A stretch of 64,000 nucleotides of DNA from Syntrophales bacterium (GTDB taxonomy: Bacteria > Desulfobacterota > Syntrophia > Syntrophales > PHBD01). Position numbers and translations under genes: made by a program. The stretch is from the NCBI GenBank assembly GCA_963668175.1, contig OY764159.1, forward strand, positions 768,001 to 832,000, written 5' to 3'. The notes below the pieces were generated by a model. It saw only the letters and a list, made by a program, of their open reading frames with translations. It was not told the DNA's origin and did not search any database. Of this stretch, positions 58,977 to 64,000 are shown piece after piece. How positions within the stretch are numbered: the stretch's first letter is position 1; each line of letters starts with the position of its first letter.

Positions 58977-59147
58977 ATGACCATCAGCGAGGATTTTCTG
59001 GCGATCCTGGCATGTCCGAAATGCAAGGGCGATATCCATTTAAACGATAGCAAGGACGGTCTCATCTGCGACAACTGCCGGCTTCTTTATGAAATAAAAG
59101 ACGACATACCGATCATGCTGATCAGCGAGGCCAGGAAGCTGGACTGA
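58977..59147 (+). CDS. Trm112/YcaR-family small protein
   Basis: MTISEDFLAILACPKCKG…LICDNCRLLYEIKDDIPIMLISEARKLD*; GAGGAGG RBS; below the ORF-track cut-off. Confidence 0.92.
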   Translation: MTISEDFLAILACPKCKGDIHLNDSKDGLICDNCRLLYEIKDDIPIMLISEARKLD

Positions 59148-59195
59148 ACCGATGCCGTCTGTCGGCATATTCCCCGGGAAGAGAAAGCCGCCTTC

Positions 59196-60956
59196 ATGTC
59201 AAGCAAAACCGGAAAATGGTATCAGAATCGACTTAGTGTAGCTATACTTGTTCTAGGGGCGATCCTGATAGGGTACGTGAGCTTTACTTTTATCAAGGGG
59301 TTCCTGTCCCTTTCGGGTCTGCAGGAGACGCTCCTTGAGCAGGCCAAGAACGAGACGCAAAGGCGTTCGGTAACCTTGAGTGCCTTTTTTGCGGAACGCA
59401 AGGCCGACATGGAAGGCCTGGCGGCTTCCACGGAGATTGTTGCCCTTCTCGAACAGCGGGCAACGGCATCGGCGAAAGGGCAGTCGGTCTCTCTCCGGAC
59501 AATCCCGGTAAATCACCTGTTTACGGAAATTCTGAACAAGAAGAAGATAGGCGGCAATCCCATTTACACAAAGATCGCCTTTCTTGACGAAGCGAACAAC
59601 ACCCTGGTTGAAGGGACGTCGGTCAAGCATTTTACAGAGACCAAGAACGAATTCAAGCCGCAAGCCGTTCCGGTTGCCGCACCGGATGTGACATTCCATA
59701 TTGCGGGGCGTAAGGACGTACAGATCGCCAGGCCCTGTTTCAGACAAAATGTCTATCTGGGGCAGATCGTGGCCTGGATGAGGGCCGACATCATCTATGA
59801 CTACCTCCTGAAAGACCAGCAGGACAAGAAACAGAAGATCTTCATGGTTACGGAAGGCAGGGAGATTTTAAGGGGAGGTGCCGCAGACCTCTATATCCCG
59901 GGACTCCCGGACCTGACCCATATAGAAAACGCCAAACCTTTTGAATACGACGCCGTCATGGGCGATGACGTACAGAGAAAAACCTTCGCGATCAAGTTCC
60001 CGATTAAGGATACGCCGCTGTCCCTCATCACGTTTGTGGCCGCCATCGAAGCCTATGGTCCGCTTTCGTCGTGGCACGTCCTTATCTGGATCATCGTCCT
60101 CGTGTTTTTGATCTTCGGAGGATCCATATTCATCCTGTCCCTCAAGAGCAGGTTAAAGGATGCCGTTCAGAGGGAAAAAATACTGGAGGAGAAGAACAAT
60201 CAGCTTGCAGTTGAAATTGAAAGACGAACGGATTTCTTGTCGACGCTTGCCCATGAACTGAGGACGCCTCTCTCGTCGGTTCTGATCTTTTCCGAAAACG
60301 TCTCCCGAAAACTGGACGAAGCGATTTTTCCCCAGGTGAACCGCGAAGACGAAAACACCAAGAAGACCGTCGGCCGCATCCAGGATAATCTGAAAATCAT
60401 GGTATCCGAAGGCCGGAGGCTGGCCGCGCTCATCAGCAATATTCTCGACATCGCTAAGATGGAAGCCGGCAAGATGGATTGGTCCGTCGGTCCTGTCTCC
60501 TTGAAAGAGGTTGTCCGGCAGGCCGCCCTGTCCACCGCTTCAATGTTCGAGCAGAAGGGTATCCGGTTCGTAGAGGAAATAGAAGAGCCGCTGCCGGATA
60601 TTCAGGGTGACAGGGACCGTCTGATCCAGGCCGTGATCAACCTGTTGTCCAATGCAGTTAAGTTTACGGAGCAGGGGACGGTAACCTGCCGGGTCGTAAA
60701 ACGGGCGAACGATATTCTGATCAGCGTTATCGATACGGGCATCGGAATCGAAAAGAAAGACCAGGAAAAAATATTCGAAAAATTCAGACAGGCCAACGGC
60801 AATGCCGGCAATAAGTGGAAGGGAACAGGACTGGGGCTTCCGATCTCCAAGCAGATCATCGAACGGCACGGCGGACGCATTTGGGTGGAGAGTGAACCTG
60901 CTGCCGGAAGCACCTTTGCGTTTACGCTTCCGGTCAAGCCGCCGAGCGGGTCTTAG
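59196..60956 (+). CDS. Membrane sensor histidine kinase
   Basis: Two transmembrane segments; H-box AHELRTPL, N-box NLLSNAVKFT, DTGIGI and GTGLGL motifs. Confidence 0.95.
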   Translation: MSSKTGKWYQNRLSVAILVLGAILIGYVSFTFIKGFLSLSGLQETLLEQAKNETQRRSVTLSAFFAERKADMEGLAASTEIVALLEQRATASAKGQSVSLRTIPVNHLFTEILNKKKIGGNPIYTKIAFLDEANNTLVEGTSVKHFTETKNEFKPQAVPVAAPDVTFHIAGRKDVQIARPCFRQNVYLGQIVAWMRADIIYDYLLKDQQDKKQKIFMVTEGREILRGGAADLYIPGLPDLTHIENAKPFEYDAVMGDDVQRKTFAIKFPIKDTPLSLITFVAAIEAYGPLSSWHVLIWIIVLVFLIFGGSIFILSLKSRLKDAVQREKILEEKNNQLAVEIERRTDFLSTLAHELRTPLSSVLIFSENVSRKLDEAIFPQVNREDENTKKTVGRIQDNLKIMVSEGRRLAALISNILDIAKMEAGKMDWSVGPVSLKEVVRQAALSTASMFEQKGIRFVEEIEEPLPDIQGDRDRLIQAVINLLSNAVKFTEQGTVTCRVVKRANDILISVIDTGIGIEKKDQEKIFEKFRQANGNAGNKWKGTGLGLPISKQIIERHGGRIWVESEPAAGSTFAFTLPVKPPSGS

Positions 60957-60977
60957 GCGAGAGACGACAGGGGTTCT

Positions 60978-61451
60978 ATGGCAGAGGATAGCAGACTTGT
61001 CCCCATCCTCAGGGAGGGGATCGAAGTCATTAAGATGGTATTCTTCAAGAAGATGCAGGCGCATCTTGCGGAAAAATATCCCGAGCGGGATACCCGGTTC
61101 ATCAATCGACTGACAGGGGCCGTGACCAACAGCCTTTTCGGCGCCTGCAACCGGGAAGAGCCCTTCTTCTCCTTCGCCAGGGACCACGCCGGCCTCATCG
61201 ACGAGGAAATGAGAAACATCGCCGCCGGGCTTGGGGAGATGAAAATTCCGCTCACCGATGCCCTCCGGATTCAGTTTCTCTGCGATTCACTGGACGGCAT
61301 AGACAGTTCCCAGGCCCTGGCGCAGGCGAAGGACATCGGGGTCTTGATCGAGGAGCGGACCACGCCCATGCCGGATCAATTCATGAATCTCGCCCGTCGT
61401 CTGGGAGAGGCCTTAAATATGATCCGGCAGGTCAAAATCGGTTCCGCCTGA
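60978..61451 (+). CDS. Conserved hypothetical protein
   Basis: 157-aa ORF with typical codon usage, directly after the kinase. Confidence 0.7.
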   Translation: MAEDSRLVPILREGIEVIKMVFFKKMQAHLAEKYPERDTRFINRLTGAVTNSLFGACNREEPFFSFARDHAGLIDEEMRNIAAGLGEMKIPLTDALRIQFLCDSLDGIDSSQALAQAKDIGVLIEERTTPMPDQFMNLARRLGEALNMIRQVKIGSA

Positions 61452-61516
61452 CCGGCGAAAGGCCGCATCCGAATGAAAACGCCGCAATGTATTTAACAAG
61501 CGGCATCATGCTGTAT

Positions 61517-61552
61517 AAAAAGCCCCCTGAATACAAGATTCAGGGGGCTTTT
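61517..61552. terminator. Bidirectional rho-independent terminator
   Basis: AAAAGCCCCCTGAAT-ACAAG-ATTCAGGGGGCTTTT between convergent genes, downstream of groEL. Confidence 0.9.
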
Positions 61553-61590
61553 CCGTATACAAAAAGGGTTTTGCAGACGCTTACGCGTTC

Positions 61591-63252
<1,662 letters not shown>

Positions 63253-63256
63253 TTAA

Positions 63257-63547
63257 TTATTTCTCGATTACGCCAAGAATGTCATCTTCCCTCATGATGA
63301 GATACTCTTTCCCGTCTATCTTGACTTCCGTGCCGGCATACTTGCTGAACAAAATCCTGTCCCCGGCCTTCACGTCCAGCTTCAGCACGGCTCCGTTTTC
63401 GGTGACCTTGCCCTTGCCGACGGCCTTGACCTTGCCTTCCATGGGCTTCTCTTTTGCCGAGTCGGGAATGATGATCCCCCCTTTGGTCTTCTCCTCTTCT
63501 TCCAGACGTTCAACAATCACTCTGTCCTGCAACGGTCTTATTTTCAT
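63257..63547 (-). CDS. groS: Co-chaperonin GroES
   Basis: [23 protein letters not shown] and FSKYAGTEV motifs. Confidence 0.99.
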   Translation of the reverse strand: MKIRPLQDRVIVERLEEEEKTKGGIIIPDSAKEKPMEGKVKAVGKGKVTENGAVLKLDVKAGDRILFSKYAGTEVKIDGKEYLIMREDDILGVIEK

Positions 63548-63879
63548 ACGAAACCTCTCCTTTCCTCATTATTATATTTCTCGTGCATCGTATTGACGTT
63601 TTTAGGGCTAATCCTTCGATATAATTTGCTTTAGAGTGCTAATCTTCTGCAAGTGCCGGGATAAGCGGGTTATCCCCCAATGAAGACGCGCATAAATTAA
63701 ACACTTTTTTCCTTGTGTCAAGATCGTTAAGACATTTTTTTAGGGCGAAAACACGTCGATTTCCCCTTCCGCTCCGATTGGCGGATAAAGGGAAGGTGCG
63801 GCTGCCGTTGTTCCGGTATGTCCGGAAAAAAATAAGGACTACTGCGAATTCGGGGTGATGTCAAGGCCCGTCTTGAGGA

Positions 63880-64000
63880 TCAATCCTTTCCGGCGACATC
63901 CCATCCTGTGCCCAAGGCCTTGTAGAGGTTCACCAGCGCGCGGAAGAGAGCGGCCCTGGTCTGGGTATAGGCGAGCTGCACATTGAAAAGATTGCGCTCC
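63880..64000 (-). CDS. 3' end of a NodT/OprM-type efflux outer-membrane protein (partial)
   Basis: …ERNLFNVQLAYTQTRAALFRALVNLYKALGTGWDVAGKD* matches the LYKALGGGW C-terminal motif. Confidence 0.85.
   Translation of the reverse strand, partial: ERNLFNVQLAYTQTRAALFRALVNLYKALGTGWDVAGKD

Overview
This is a GC-rich (roughly 55-60%) bacterial chromosome segment, most consistent with an anaerobic Desulfobacterota/Syntrophales-type organism. That assignment is inferred from gene content (ptb/buk/acyl-CoA dehydrogenase, cobQ, pilT paralogues, LPS genes, Sec usage). It is mostly housekeeping: rsmB-fmt, serS with two tRNA-Ser genes, moaA, pilT/pilU, an LPS core/lipid A cluster, groES-groEL and a cobalamin riboswitch upstream of a CobD-CobQ fusion. 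No integrase, transposase, CRISPR array or rRNA was seen. The main hidden signals are: (1) two genes split by in-frame TGA codons, each followed by a SECIS-like hairpin, i.e. probable selenoproteins that the ORF track breaks or misses: a QueG/reductive-dehalogenase-like 2x[4Fe-4S] protein (2650-3405) and a secreted HMA-domain protein with a CxxU motif (51066-51374); (2) a Slam/DUF560-like (type XI secretion) outer-membrane translocon followed by two tandem-duplicated FecR-domain proteins, one with a TbpB-like C-terminal barrel and a G10 tract, converging on a TMTC-like glycosyltransferase; (3) two tandem phosphotransbutyrylase-like genes with complementary motif loss; (4) an apparently leaderless LexA/UmuD-like repressor with a GAAC-N4-GTTC-like box in its own promoter. 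All family calls come from motif recognition by eye; no database searches were run.
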